Assembly (NCBI GenBank): GCA_963666565.1 | Contig: OY762911.1 | Span: forward strand, 1,024,001-1,088,000 | Direction of reading: 5' to 3' | DNA length: 64,000 nt | DNA from: Thermoanaerobaculia bacterium | Lineage (GTDB): Bacteria > Acidobacteriota > Thermoanaerobaculia > Multivoradales > Multivoraceae | Shown: positions 55,226 through 64,000 of the stretch, in pieces | How positions within the stretch are numbered: the stretch's first letter is position 1 | How the letters are laid out: each line of letters starts with the position of its first letter | Notes under the pieces: generated by a model | Told to the model about the DNA's origin: nothing | Databases searched by the model: none | Seen by the model: the letters and a program-made list of their open reading frames with translations, nothing else | Program-made: the position numbers and the translations under genes

Positions 55226-58200
55226 ATGGACGCTATCGCATCAACTCCGCTCGCGCCGGAGTGGAAGGAACGGCTGAACCTATCGCTCCGCCGTGCGCCG
55301 GACTTCTACGAGAAGTCGGACGAGATCGGGGACGTGTCCCATGCAGGTGCGCTTCGTACGACTCTCGACGGCTTGGGGGCGTCCGCGGTCTTCTGTGTCC
55401 AGGACGTCCCGACTGCCGTCGTCGTCTCGGTCGACCAGTACGTTCCCGAAGACGCCGCCAAGCTCCAGGCGGCGCTCTGGAATCAGGGGCTCGCAAGTTT
55501 GCTCCTCTTCGTTTCCGAGGACACTGTTCGGGTGTTTTCTCTGGCCCGGACCCCTCGCCGGTGCACGGACGACGAGTTCCACTCCCATTGCCTAGTCCAG
55601 ACGTTGAACGCTGCGACCGACGCGCTGGCGCTTGGGAACCTGCTTTACAGCGCCGAGTCCGGCCGGTATTGGGAGGCATATGCCCAGTACTTCAGGCCAG
55701 AAGAGCGAGTGGATCGCGTTCTCCTGAACAACTTGACGGAGTCGGACAGACTTCTTCGGCAGGAGGGTTTACCCGGAGACGCGTCGCAGGCGCTGCTGCT
55801 CCAGGCGATGTTCGTTGCCTATCTTGAGGACCGGGAGATCATCGGCGAGGAGTACATCCGGGCTGCTACGAACGAGGGGGCGACCGATTTCAACACACCG
55901 CTGTCCACAGGGGACGTTGGATCATTGGAGCGTCTCTTTGTGACTCTGCGGCGAGACTTTAACGGCGACCTGTTCATTGCGCCGTGCTCCTTCGACGCGA
56001 ACGACCCCGGTCCGAGTCTAGAGGCATCGCACTTGGAGATTCTCGCCCGCTTCCGTTCCGGCCGGGAGGAGATGCATGGGTCGGGCGGGCAGTACCGCCT
56101 TTGGCCATACAACTTCAAGTACATACCGGTCGAACTGATCAGCGCCGTTCACGACCGATTCCTGAGCGAGCGCGGAGATGCTGACCGGCGTCTTCGTGGT
56201 GCCTACTACACACCGATGCTCCTCGCCGACGTAGTGGTGTCTCACATGTGGGAGAGGTTGCCGGCCGAAGCCAAGGAAAGTGGGACTTTCCTGGACCCGG
56301 CTTGTGGGTCTGGCATCTTCTTGGTGCGACTGTTCCAGCGCCTGTGCGAGTTCCGTCGGGCCAGCCGATCCGAAGCGAGGATTCCTTGGCGTGCCCTGCT
56401 CGACATTCTGATGAGGTTGCGCGGCTGGGACCTGGACGGCGGTGCAGTGCGGGTAGCGGTTTTCTCCTTGTACGTGGCTCTCCTTGAGGAGGTTACTCCG
56501 CCCGATATTCAGAGACTGATGAAGCGCGGTCGGGTGCTCCCCGAGCTCCACGGAAAGACGCTGAGGTGCACCGACTTCTTCTCGGTCGCGCCTGACGCTG
56601 CTGCGGTGGACGCCGTGGTTGGCAACCCGCCCTGGTCGAGCCGCCACGGCGCGGGTCATTCCGCCCTTGAATGGTGTCGTCAAGAGAGACTTCCGATGCC
56701 GAGCGGCGAGCAGGCTTGGTCGTTCGTCTGGAAGTCGCTGCGCCACTTGCGGAAGGGTGGCTTGGTGGCGTTGCTTCTGCCGGCAATGGGTTTCCTGCAC
56801 AATCACGCCAAGAAGGCGGTAGAGGCGCGCAAGCGCCTGATCCGCGAGGCGCGGCTCTCTAGCGTTGTGAACTTCGCGGACATGCGATTTCAGTTGTTCG
56901 ACGGTGCCTCAAGGCCTACCTCGCTCCTTATCTTGGGCGGACTTGCTTCACAGGATTCAGACTACCGGTTCGACTACTTGACACCGAAGGCCGACCCGAA
57001 CCTGAAGGCCCGGCGCTTGATTACCGTCAGTAGTGCGGACCGGTGTCGGCTCGAGGCTCGCATGGTTGAGGCCGACCCGTCTGTGTTCAAGAAGCGTCTT
57101 TGGATGAATGAGCCTGAGAGCCGGCTGTTCAACTATTTGTCGCAGCTCCCTCGCCTGCGCGATCTCGTCGAGCAGTTTGGGAAGCTGTCGCGCCGAAAGG
57201 GACTCGGTCCGGACCAGTGGGTTATCGGACAGGGCTTTCAGCCGGCTCGCACAGAGGAGCGCGACGACGTTGGCTATGAGGCCAAGCACAGCAGCGCCGT
57301 CGCCACGATTCCGTATCTTCCGATCAAGCGGTTTCGGGTCCTGGCCGAGGCAGGAGTGGACTTGCAGCCTTGGAAGGGCGCGATGGTGCGTCGGCATGGT
57401 TTCCGAGGAGGATTCGAGGGACCACGTGTAGTCGTTCCCCGTGGCGTCGCCATCGGTGAAGCGGGACGACGACTGAGGGCGGCCTATGTCGAGGCACCGC
57501 TGACCTTTCAGGACATCATTCAGGCGATTGTGGTTCCCCCGGGGCAGGAGCAGCGGGGCATGCTGCTGACGGCTCTGCTCAACAGCAAGCTGATGCTGTG
57601 GTTTGCGTTCCACGGAACTTCATCGTTTGGTGCGGATCGGCCGGAGGTGCAACAGGCGGAACTACTGCGCTTGCCGTTCCCTGAGCCAGACGACATGCCC
57701 GACCCGGAGCGGTCGTGGTCGGCTGCTGAGGCGCTGGTGGGCAAGATCAAGGGGAGGCTCCAAGCGGCCGCAGCAACTGGAAGGACCGGTGCCGGGCAAT
57801 GTGATGTCCTTGAAGAGATCGACCGCTTGGCTCTCGAGTACTTCTGTCTTTCCGAGGAGGACCGAATCGTCGTCGACGACACGGTGGATCATGTGATCCC
57901 GGCTGTTCAACCTAGCAGGGGCAGCTTTCCTGCTTTGTGGGGACCTTCGACCGAATCGGACCGTCGTGAGTACGCCCGTATCTTGGTCGGCAGCTTGGCG
58001 GAGCACTTCGAAGGCGGTCGCTCAATCGGAGTGCGTTTGATAGCACGCAGTGAGGATTTGGCCGTGCTACGCCTGTCGCTGCGAGATACTCCGGTTGCGT
58101 TCGACTACAGCGAGGACGAGAACGCCTCGGTGGCGTCCGCCGTGTCGGGTCTTGCGGAGGCTGTTCGGCAGCGCCTACCGGCCAACCTCCACGCGGCTCC

Positions 58201-58345
58201 AGACTTCAGGGTCTTTGTGGGCCGCGAGCTGTTTCTCGTAAAGCCGGTCGGAAGGCGGTTCTGGCTGCGGTCGCGGGCGCTGGCCGATGTCAGAGCAATC
58301 GCGCTAGATCTTCACGTGGCCTCTGGCCGTGACGCGCCGTTCTGA
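55226..58345 (+). CDS. Large N-6 DNA methylase (type IIG-like architecture)
   Basis: IPVELISA, GAYYTP, LDPACGSGIFLV, GNPPW; long TRD-like C-terminus. Confidence 0.88.
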   Translation: MDAIASTPLAPEWKERLNLSLRRAPDFYEKSDEIGDVSHAGALRTTLDGLGASAVFCVQDVPTAVVVSVDQYVPEDAAKLQAALWNQGLASLLLFVSEDTVRVFSLARTPRRCTDDEFHSHCLVQTLNAATDALALGNLLYSAESGRYWEAYAQYFRPEERVDRVLLNNLTESDRLLRQEGLPGDASQALLLQAMFVAYLEDREIIGEEYIRAATNEGATDFNTPLSTGDVGSLERLFVTLRRDFNGDLFIAPCSFDANDPGPSLEASHLEILARFRSGREEMHGSGGQYRLWPYNFKYIPVELISAVHDRFLSERGDADRRLRGAYYTPMLLADVVVSHMWERLPAEAKESGTFLDPACGSGIFLVRLFQRLCEFRRASRSEARIPWRALLDILMRLRGWDLDGGAVRVAVFSLYVALLEEVTPPDIQRLMKRGRVLPELHGKTLRCTDFFSVAPDAAAVDAVVGNPPWSSRHGAGHSALEWCRQERLPMPSGEQAWSFVWKSLRHLRKGGLVALLLPAMGFLHNHAKKAVEARKRLIREARLSSVVNFADMRFQLFDGASRPTSLLILGGLASQDSDYRFDYLTPKADPNLKARRLITVSSADRCRLEARMVEADPSVFKKRLWMNEPESRLFNYLSQLPRLRDLVEQFGKLSRRKGLGPDQWVIGQGFQPARTEERDDVGYEAKHSSAVATIPYLPIKRFRVLAEAGVDLQPWKGAMVRRHGFRGGFEGPRVVVPRGVAIGEAGRRLRAAYVEAPLTFQDIIQAIVVPPGQEQRGMLLTALLNSKLMLWFAFHGTSSFGADRPEVQQAELLRLPFPEPDDMPDPERSWSAAEALVGKIKGRLQAAAATGRTGAGQCDVLEEIDRLALEYFCLSEEDRIVVDDTVDHVIPAVQPSRGSFPALWGPSTESDRREYARILVGSLAEHFEGGRSIGVRLIARSEDLAVLRLSLRDTPVAFDYSEDENASVASAVSGLAEAVRQRLPANLHAAPDFRVFVGRELFLVKPVGRRFWLRSRALADVRAIALDLHVASGRDAPF

Positions 58346-58991
58346 GTCGAGTTCCATGACATCTGGCGATCCCACCGCGTGGTTGGGAAGATTCAGGTCG
58401 TTGGACAGTCTCTTCCTGGCGCGCGTCGTCGCGTTGTGGCCAACGTGTCTCGAGCGCCTCCCTCCTGACGCCGATGAAGATACAATTACGATGACTTTGG
58501 TGAGTCTTCTTTGGCGTGATGCTGGTGCCCGACGTTGGTTCAACCAGGTCGAATTCCACTTCGAGCCGTTCGGATACACGCCGGACGGAACGATGTACAG
58601 CTTGGGAGAGATCGATATGGCCGTGATCCTCGGTCAGGATCGCGACGTGTATCTTGCGTACGAGTGCAAGCGCTTGAACGTCCTTCGTCGCGACGGTAGA
58701 AGGTCTCTCGCGACGGAGTACGTAAGGCAGGGGCTGGCTCGCTTCGTTCGAAGCCAGTACTCGGAGAACTTGCCGGTAGGGTGCATGCTCGGCTATGTCG
58801 GTGACGGCGATGTTGAGCACGCGGCCGGAAAGGTCCGAGAGAGAATCGTGGCGCTTCGCGGTGAGATCGCGCTCACTGAGGGGCCGGAATCGGATGTGGC
58901 GATCGGGCTAGCGACCCGGTTCTACAGCCGACACCACCGCGGATCGGATGGCAGCGAGATAGAGATCCGGCACGCGCTGTTGCCGATGTGA
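58329..58991 (+). CDS. Putative PD-(D/E)XK nuclease (alternative ATG at 58356)
   Basis: EDTIT...GEID...YECKRL; adjoins the methylase end. Confidence 0.6.
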   Translation: MTRRSESSSMTSGDPTAWLGRFRSLDSLFLARVVALWPTCLERLPPDADEDTITMTLVSLLWRDAGARRWFNQVEFHFEPFGYTPDGTMYSLGEIDMAVILGQDRDVYLAYECKRLNVLRRDGRRSLATEYVRQGLARFVRSQYSENLPVGCMLGYVGDGDVEHAAGKVRERIVALRGEIALTEGPESDVAIGLATRFYSRHHRGSDGSEIEIRHALLPM

Positions 58992-59034
58992 CGTTAGGAC
59001 TGTGCTTGTTGGAGCCGGTTCCCGTGGGGGATGG

Positions 59035-61149
59035 TCAAGTGCCCATCTCCCCCAACATCTCCACGATCTCCCTCTCCACCCGCCGGATGTCCGCCTCGAT
59101 CTCCTCCAACGGACGCGGCGGCCGGTACTCGTAGAAGTACCGGTTGAAGTTGATCTCGTAGCCCACCAGCCCGACTTCGCCGTCCTGCGGGTCCCGGCGG
59201 TTCTCGTCGATCCAGGCGTCGGGGACGTGCGGCGTCACTTCGCGCTGGAAGAAAACGTCGACGCTCTCGGCGAGCGGCACGTTCTCCGTGTCGCGGAGTT
59301 GCGGGTCGGGTTCGGGGCGGCCCTTCCGGTCCCGGCAGGGCTCGGCCTCGGCGTTGCGCTCCGACAGGCCGGTGAGCACGGACTTCCGGAGCGGCGCGGG
59401 CAGCTTGACCTCAGCCCGCCGCAGCGCGCCGTCGAGTTCGGCCTCGAACTTCGCCCGGTCGAGGAAGAGGCGGTCGGGCAGGCCCCGCAGCGCGCCGCGG
59501 ATCGCCTCCTGCCGCTCACGGCCCGCCGCCTCGTCCTTCGCCCTGGCCGCGCTGTCCCGCTTGCGGGACCTGGCGAGGTTGGCGAAGGCGCGCACCTCGT
59601 CGAGGCGGGCGATGCGCTCGGGGCTGGCCTGGAAGTCGAGCCGCAGCGGCCGTTCGACGGTGATCTTGCGGAAGCCGAACTGCGTCGTCGGGTAGACGCG
59701 GCTGACGACGGCTTCGCGCTCCTCGCCGTCCTCGACGACGGTGCGGGTCGCGCCGTCCTCGTACTCCCGGAGCAGCCGCAGGATGTCTTCCTTCCGCTCG
59801 AACGGGATCTCCCGGCGCTTGGCGCCCAGGCTCTTGCGGAGCAGAACCCAGAACGACGTGGCGTCGATGAGCTGGACCTTGCCGCGGCGCTCGGGCCGCT
59901 TCCGGTTCGTGAGCACCCAGACGTAGGTGGCGATGCCGGTGTTGTAGAAGAGCTGCTCCGGCAGGGCGATGAGCGCCTCGAGCAGGTCGTTCTCCAGGAT
60001 GAAGCGGCGGATCTCGCTTTCGCCGCTGCCGGCGTCGCCGGTGAAGAGGGGCGAGCCGTTCATGATGATCGCGATGCGCGATCCGCCCTGCGCCGGCGCC
60101 TTGGCGTGCGCCAGCATGTGGAGCAGGAACAGGAGCTGGCCGTCGCTGATCCGCGGCAGGCCCGGCGCGAAGCGGCCGGCCGCGCCCCGGTCGTGCTCGG
60201 CCTGCACCGAGCTCCGGTCGCGCTTCCAGTCCTTGCCGTAGGGCGGATTGGCGATCATGTAGTCGAATCCGGCGCCCGCGTGCCGGTCTTTAGACAGGGT
60301 GCTCCCGTAGCCGATCTTCTCCGCGTCGAGCCCGTCCGCCGACTTCATGAACAGGTCGGACTTGCAGATGGCATAGGTCTCCGGGTTCACTTCCTGACCG
60401 AAGAGGTGGACGTCGGCGTTGGGGTTCACGGCCTCGCCCCGGCTCTCGCCCTCGCGCGTCTCGCCGAGGACGACGTGCTCCTTGGCGATGGTCAGCATGC
60501 CGCCGGAGCCGCAGCACGGGTCGTACACGCTGAGCACCAGGCCCTTCGTGCGCAGCCGCTCCTCGTCTCCGGCGAGCAGCAGGTCCACCATGAGATGCAC
60601 CACGTCGCGGGGCGTGAAGTGCTCGCCGGGGTTCTCGTTGAGCGCCTCGTTGAACTTGCGGATGAGCTCCTCGAAGATCGTGCCCATCGTGAAGTTGTCG
60701 ACCGCGTCGGGATGCAGGTTCACCCTTGGGTCGCCGAACCGCTGCATGACCTGGAACAGCAACCCCGACTCGTCGAGCTTGGAGATCGTGTTGTCGAAGT
60801 CGAACATGTCCAGCACTTCGCGCATGTTGGGGCTGAACCCGGCGATGTAGTTGCGGAGGTTCTGGGCGAGGTGCGGCGCGTCGGCCAGCAGCTTCTCGAA
60901 GTCGTAGCGCGACGTGTTGTAGAAGGCGTAGCCGGAGGCGCCCCGCAGCAGCCGATCGGGATTGGCGAGCTTGTCCCGATACTGCGCCTGGACCTCCAGC
61001 ACCTTATCCTTGGTGGGGGCCAGCACGCAGTCGAGCCGGCGCAGCACGGTGAGCGGCAGGATCACGTCCTGGTACTTCCCGCGCTTGAAGGTGTCGCGGA
61101 TCAGGTCGGCGACGCTCCAGAGGAAGCTGACGATCTGGCTGTGGTTCAT
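59035..61149 (-). CDS. hsdM: Type I R-M methyltransferase subunit
   Basis: GEHFTPRDVV, YDPCCGSGGML, ANPPY, FYNTGI, GYEINF. Confidence 0.96.
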   Translation of the reverse strand: MNHSQIVSFLWSVADLIRDTFKRGKYQDVILPLTVLRRLDCVLAPTKDKVLEVQAQYRDKLANPDRLLRGASGYAFYNTSRYDFEKLLADAPHLAQNLRNYIAGFSPNMREVLDMFDFDNTISKLDESGLLFQVMQRFGDPRVNLHPDAVDNFTMGTIFEELIRKFNEALNENPGEHFTPRDVVHLMVDLLLAGDEERLRTKGLVLSVYDPCCGSGGMLTIAKEHVVLGETREGESRGEAVNPNADVHLFGQEVNPETYAICKSDLFMKSADGLDAEKIGYGSTLSKDRHAGAGFDYMIANPPYGKDWKRDRSSVQAEHDRGAAGRFAPGLPRISDGQLLFLLHMLAHAKAPAQGGSRIAIIMNGSPLFTGDAGSGESEIRRFILENDLLEALIALPEQLFYNTGIATYVWVLTNRKRPERRGKVQLIDATSFWVLLRKSLGAKRREIPFERKEDILRLLREYEDGATRTVVEDGEEREAVVSRVYPTTQFGFRKITVERPLRLDFQASPERIARLDEVRAFANLARSRKRDSAARAKDEAAGRERQEAIRGALRGLPDRLFLDRAKFEAELDGALRRAEVKLPAPLRKSVLTGLSERNAEAEPCRDRKGRPEPDPQLRDTENVPLAESVDVFFQREVTPHVPDAWIDENRRDPQDGEVGLVGYEINFNRYFYEYRPPRPLEEIEADIRRVEREIVEMLGEMGT

Positions 61150-61349
61150 GGCCGGCCGGCGTGGTAGCGCCTTCGGAGCCGCGCGAAGACGTCGGCCGCC
61201 GGCTGGGCCTGACCGGCTTCGATCTGGCGGTCACCCAGCTCAAGGAGCTTGAGCAGCGCAAGCGTTTCCGGCCGCTTCTCGGTCCCTTTCGGCTTGTGGG
61301 GTTTCGGCGATGACAAGGTCTCCTCCTCGCTGGGCCTAAGATAGTCCAT
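61146..61349 (-). pseudogene. Phd/YefM-like antitoxin C-terminal remnant
   Basis: ETLALLKLLELGDRQIEAG...AADVFARLR; stop overlaps the hsdM start; recalled similarity. Confidence 0.5.
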
Positions 61350-61384
61350 GCCGGGCTCGTACTGCCGGTGAACGAGCCACGAAG

Positions 61385-61594
61385 ATGAAGAGGAAGCCGA
61401 TGGCCAAGGTGGACGGCGAGGCATCGCTCAGAGAGGTGCCGGTGGAGAGCGATCCATCGTTCGCGTCCCGGTGGAGAGGCGGGTTCCGGGACTCACGACG
61501 AGACGATGCCCGGTACAAGGCGCTCGCCTGCAAGTACCTCGACGGTGGCGAGCCACTTGAGCCTCCTCCGGCTGCGAGCGACCCACGACTCTGA
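61385..61594 (+). pseudogene. Antitoxin-like C-terminal remnant (DUF6364-like)
   Basis: SFASRWRG.F....DD.RY.ALA.KYL; recalled similarity. Confidence 0.4.
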
Positions 61595-61611
61595 TTCAGG
61601 CGGTCGGCTGG

Positions 61612-62022
61612 TCAGCGGGGTTCCAGGAGGGCCAGGTCGATCTCCCGGAAGTCTCGAGTGTTCAGCGTCGCCAGGGAGAAACCGCGACTCTTGGCCGTGC
61701 CTGCGATCTGCGAGTCCGCCAGGCTCATGGGCGCTCCCTTCAGCCGTCGCAGGGCGCGGAGCCTGGCGCTCTCGTGGGCGGCGTCCAGGTCGAATGGGAC
61801 GATGCGGTCCGAGAAGGCATCTACGATCCGGGCAAAGACGTGCGTCAGACGCAGCCGCTTTCGCCCGCGTGGCAGCAGTTCTATGCCGAAACTGATCTCG
61901 TCCACGGTGACGGCGGAGACGTACAGGCTCGAAGGGGCATGGCTGTCCAGCCAACTCATCACTCGCTTGTCCGGTTCGACACGCATGGCCTCTGAGAGGA
62001 CATTGGTGTCCAGGAGGATCAC
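61612..62022 (-). CDS. vapC: VapC/FitB PIN toxin
   Basis: LLDTNVLSE, DSQIAGTA, ATLNTRDF. Confidence 0.93.
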   Translation of the reverse strand: MILLDTNVLSEAMRVEPDKRVMSWLDSHAPSSLYVSAVTVDEISFGIELLPRGRKRLRLTHVFARIVDAFSDRIVPFDLDAAHESARLRALRRLKGAPMSLADSQIAGTAKSRGFSLATLNTRDFREIDLALLEPR

Positions 62023-62276
62023 GTCGAATCGTCCTCGCCGTAGTCGGGCGATGTGAAGTCGATCGGGTCGTCCACTTCGCGTGCCGGCAGGTCGAGATCG
62101 AAGCCATCGCCGCCGACGATCCGGCGGATCATTGCCCCGACCGGCTCCTCGTCCACAACCGCGCCTCGGAGGATGCGCCGAACGGTCTCCTCCAAGGACA
62201 GCGACTCCCGTTCCGCGCGAATCTTCAGGCGATGGACGATCTCACTGTCCAGGCGACGTACACTCAGGTTTGCCAT
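62019..62276 (-). CDS. FitA-like RHH antitoxin
   Basis: MANLSVRRLD.EI..RLK.RA...SLEE.VR.IL. Confidence 0.88.
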   Translation of the reverse strand: MANLSVRRLDSEIVHRLKIRAERESLSLEETVRRILRGAVVDEEPVGAMIRRIVGGDGFDLDLPAREVDDPIDFTSPDYGEDDST

Positions 62277-62352
62277 TGGTCCTACTCCGTCGGTTTCGCG
62301 GTCGCGATGCTAGCACGAGTGGCCGAAGTGCTGGCACTCACCTGACCACCCC

Positions 62353-63543
62353 ATGAACGACATCGCACCCGCCGCCGTCGGCTACATGACGCCGGAGCGC
62401 GAGATGCTCCGCCGGATCGCGCGCGAGTTCACGGACAAGGAGGTCCTCCCGGTCGCCAACGAGCTCGATCCGAAGAAGGAGACGATCCCGCAGTCGCTGA
62501 TCGACCGGATGGGCGAACTGGGTTTCTTCGGCATCGTGATCCCGGAGGAGTACGGCGGCGCCGGGCTGGGCGCGTTCGAGTACTGCCTGGTCGCCGAGGA
62601 GCTGGCGCGGGGCTGGATGAGCGTGGCGAGCATCATCGCCCGCGGCAACGGCTTCTACCGGTCGATCCCGTTCGAGGGCGAGGAGCGCCTGAAGCGCATC
62701 AGGCTGATGGCCGAGGGCAAGTACCTCGGCGCGCTGGCCATGTCGGAGCCGGAGGTGGGGTCGGACATCTCGTCGATCACCTGCCGGGCGCGGGTCGAGG
62801 ACGACCACTGGGTGATCACCGGCAACAAGTACTGGTGCACGTTCGCCGACGGCGCGAACTTCATCCAGGTCATCGCGCGGACGGAGGGCGACCCGGCGAA
62901 GCGCCACGCCGCCCTGACCGGGATCGGGATCGAGAAACCGCCCGGCGAGCTGCCGGAGGGCGTCACCGGCTCGCCAATCCCGAAGATCGGCTACCACGGC
63001 TGGAAGACCTGGGAACTCCACTTCGAGAACGTCCGCGTGCCGATCACGAAGCGCCAGCGCGAGTCGAAGGGCCAGGCGTTCTACGGCATGACGCGCGGTC
63101 TGCAGACGGCGCGGGCCCACACCGCGGCGCGCTCGATCGGCCTCGCCCAGGGCGCGCTGGAGCAGGCGATCGCGTACTCGAAGGAACGCATCCAGTTCCG
63201 GCGGCCGATCGCCGACTTCCAGGCGATCCGCTTCAAGATCGCGAACATGGCCGCCGAGGTCGAGGCGGCGCGCCAGTTGAACTACTCGGTCTGCGCCAAG
63301 ATCGATACCGGCGTGTCCTGCGCCAAGGAGGCGGCGATGGTCAAGTACTACGCCGCCGAGATGTCGGAGCGGGTGTGCTCCGACGCGTTGCAGGTGCTGG
63401 CCGGCGCCGGCTACACGACGGACTACCCGGTCGAGCGTTACTGGCGCGATGCGCGGCTGACCAAGATTTTCGAGGGGACGTCGGAGATCATGCTGAAGAT
63501 CGTGTCGGACGAACTGCTTGGGAAGCCGTCGAGGAGGGGCTGA
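62353..63543 (+). CDS. Acyl-CoA dehydrogenase
   Basis: PEEYGGAG, AMSEP..GSD, GNKYW, R.QF.RPI..FQ, IFEGTSEI. Confidence 0.95.
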   Translation: MNDIAPAAVGYMTPEREMLRRIAREFTDKEVLPVANELDPKKETIPQSLIDRMGELGFFGIVIPEEYGGAGLGAFEYCLVAEELARGWMSVASIIARGNGFYRSIPFEGEERLKRIRLMAEGKYLGALAMSEPEVGSDISSITCRARVEDDHWVITGNKYWCTFADGANFIQVIARTEGDPAKRHAALTGIGIEKPPGELPEGVTGSPIPKIGYHGWKTWELHFENVRVPITKRQRESKGQAFYGMTRGLQTARAHTAARSIGLAQGALEQAIAYSKERIQFRRPIADFQAIRFKIANMAAEVEAARQLNYSVCAKIDTGVSCAKEAAMVKYYAAEMSERVCSDALQVLAGAGYTTDYPVERYWRDARLTKIFEGTSEIMLKIVSDELLGKPSRRG

Positions 63544-63545
63544 CG

Positions 63546-64000
63546 ATGAGACTCGCCAACCATCTTTGGGACCGCTTCGGCCGCCTGGGTTTGGACGACA
63601 TTCCCGAGTCGGCCCGCACCGTGGCCGGCCAGTGCGTGCTCGACTGGTTCGGCTGCGCGCTGGCCGGCAGCCGCGAGCCGCTGTCCGCGATCCTGCGCGA
63701 CGAGCTGGGCGGCCAGGCCGGGCCGTGCTCCATCGTGGGTACGGATCTGCACTGCGCGCCGGGCGTCGCCGCGCTGGTCAACGGCGCCGCCGGGCATGCG
63801 CTGGACTTCGACGACACTCACACGCTGATGGGCGGACATCCCACGGTGCCGGTGTTTCCGGCCGCGTTGGCGCAGGCCCAGGAGATGGGCGCGAGCGGCG
63901 AGCGGTTGCTGGTCGCGTTCGTTGTCGGCATCGAGGTCGAGTCGCGCGTCGGCGCGCTCATCGGAGGTGCGCCGTACGTCAAGGGCTGGCACTCGACCTC
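63546..64000 (+). CDS. MmgE/PrpD family protein (3' truncated by window)
   Basis: Own translation: LDWFGCALAG, AALVNGAAGHALDFDD, HPTVPV. Confidence 0.9.
   Translation, partial: MRLANHLWDRFGRLGLDDIPESARTVAGQCVLDWFGCALAGSREPLSAILRDELGGQAGPCSIVGTDLHCAPGVAALVNGAAGHALDFDDTHTLMGGHPTVPVFPAALAQAQEMGASGERLLVAFVVGIEVESRVGALIGGAPYVKGWHST

Noticed and set aside
1-64000. tRNA, rRNA, prophage structural genes, or a RAYT transposase
   Set aside because: None recognised by reading; tRNAscan-SE and HMM searches would be needed to exclude them formally

Overview
A very GC-rich bacterial window; the gene content suggests an Acidobacteriota or host-associated genome, but that is inference. From left to right it holds: the end of a Yej-like peptide ABC transporter (ATPase frameshifted), a PQQ-type beta-propeller and guanine deaminase; a 15-kb TonB receptor, symporter, sulfatase, dehydratase, PhoD, LamG and beta-helix-aldolase uptake cluster, followed by decayed duplicates of its flanks; an intact ISL3 and a lower-GC defence islet (type II-like MTase plus nuclease, GmrSD); a mosaic of toxin-antitoxin pairs, orphan antitoxins, gene fragments and two AAA/PD-(D/E)XK paralogs; a CitE, CoA-transferase and MaoC cluster; a type I R-M locus whose HsdR ends in a Schlafen/AlbA_2 domain and which encloses an inverted MTase plus nuclease pair and an orphan AbiEi; and finally an acyl-CoA dehydrogenase and an MmgE/PrpD gene. 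The strongest unexplained signal is a REP/REPIN-like palindromic family (arm CTGGGTGC-GCGGGTC-TTCY-GACCCGC plus two stem variants). It occurs at about 15 sites and sits in frame just after the start codon, ahead of the hydrophobic signal peptide, in several genes of the uptake cluster, and three times inside one DsbA-like gene. I found no rRNA, tRNA or CRISPR array.
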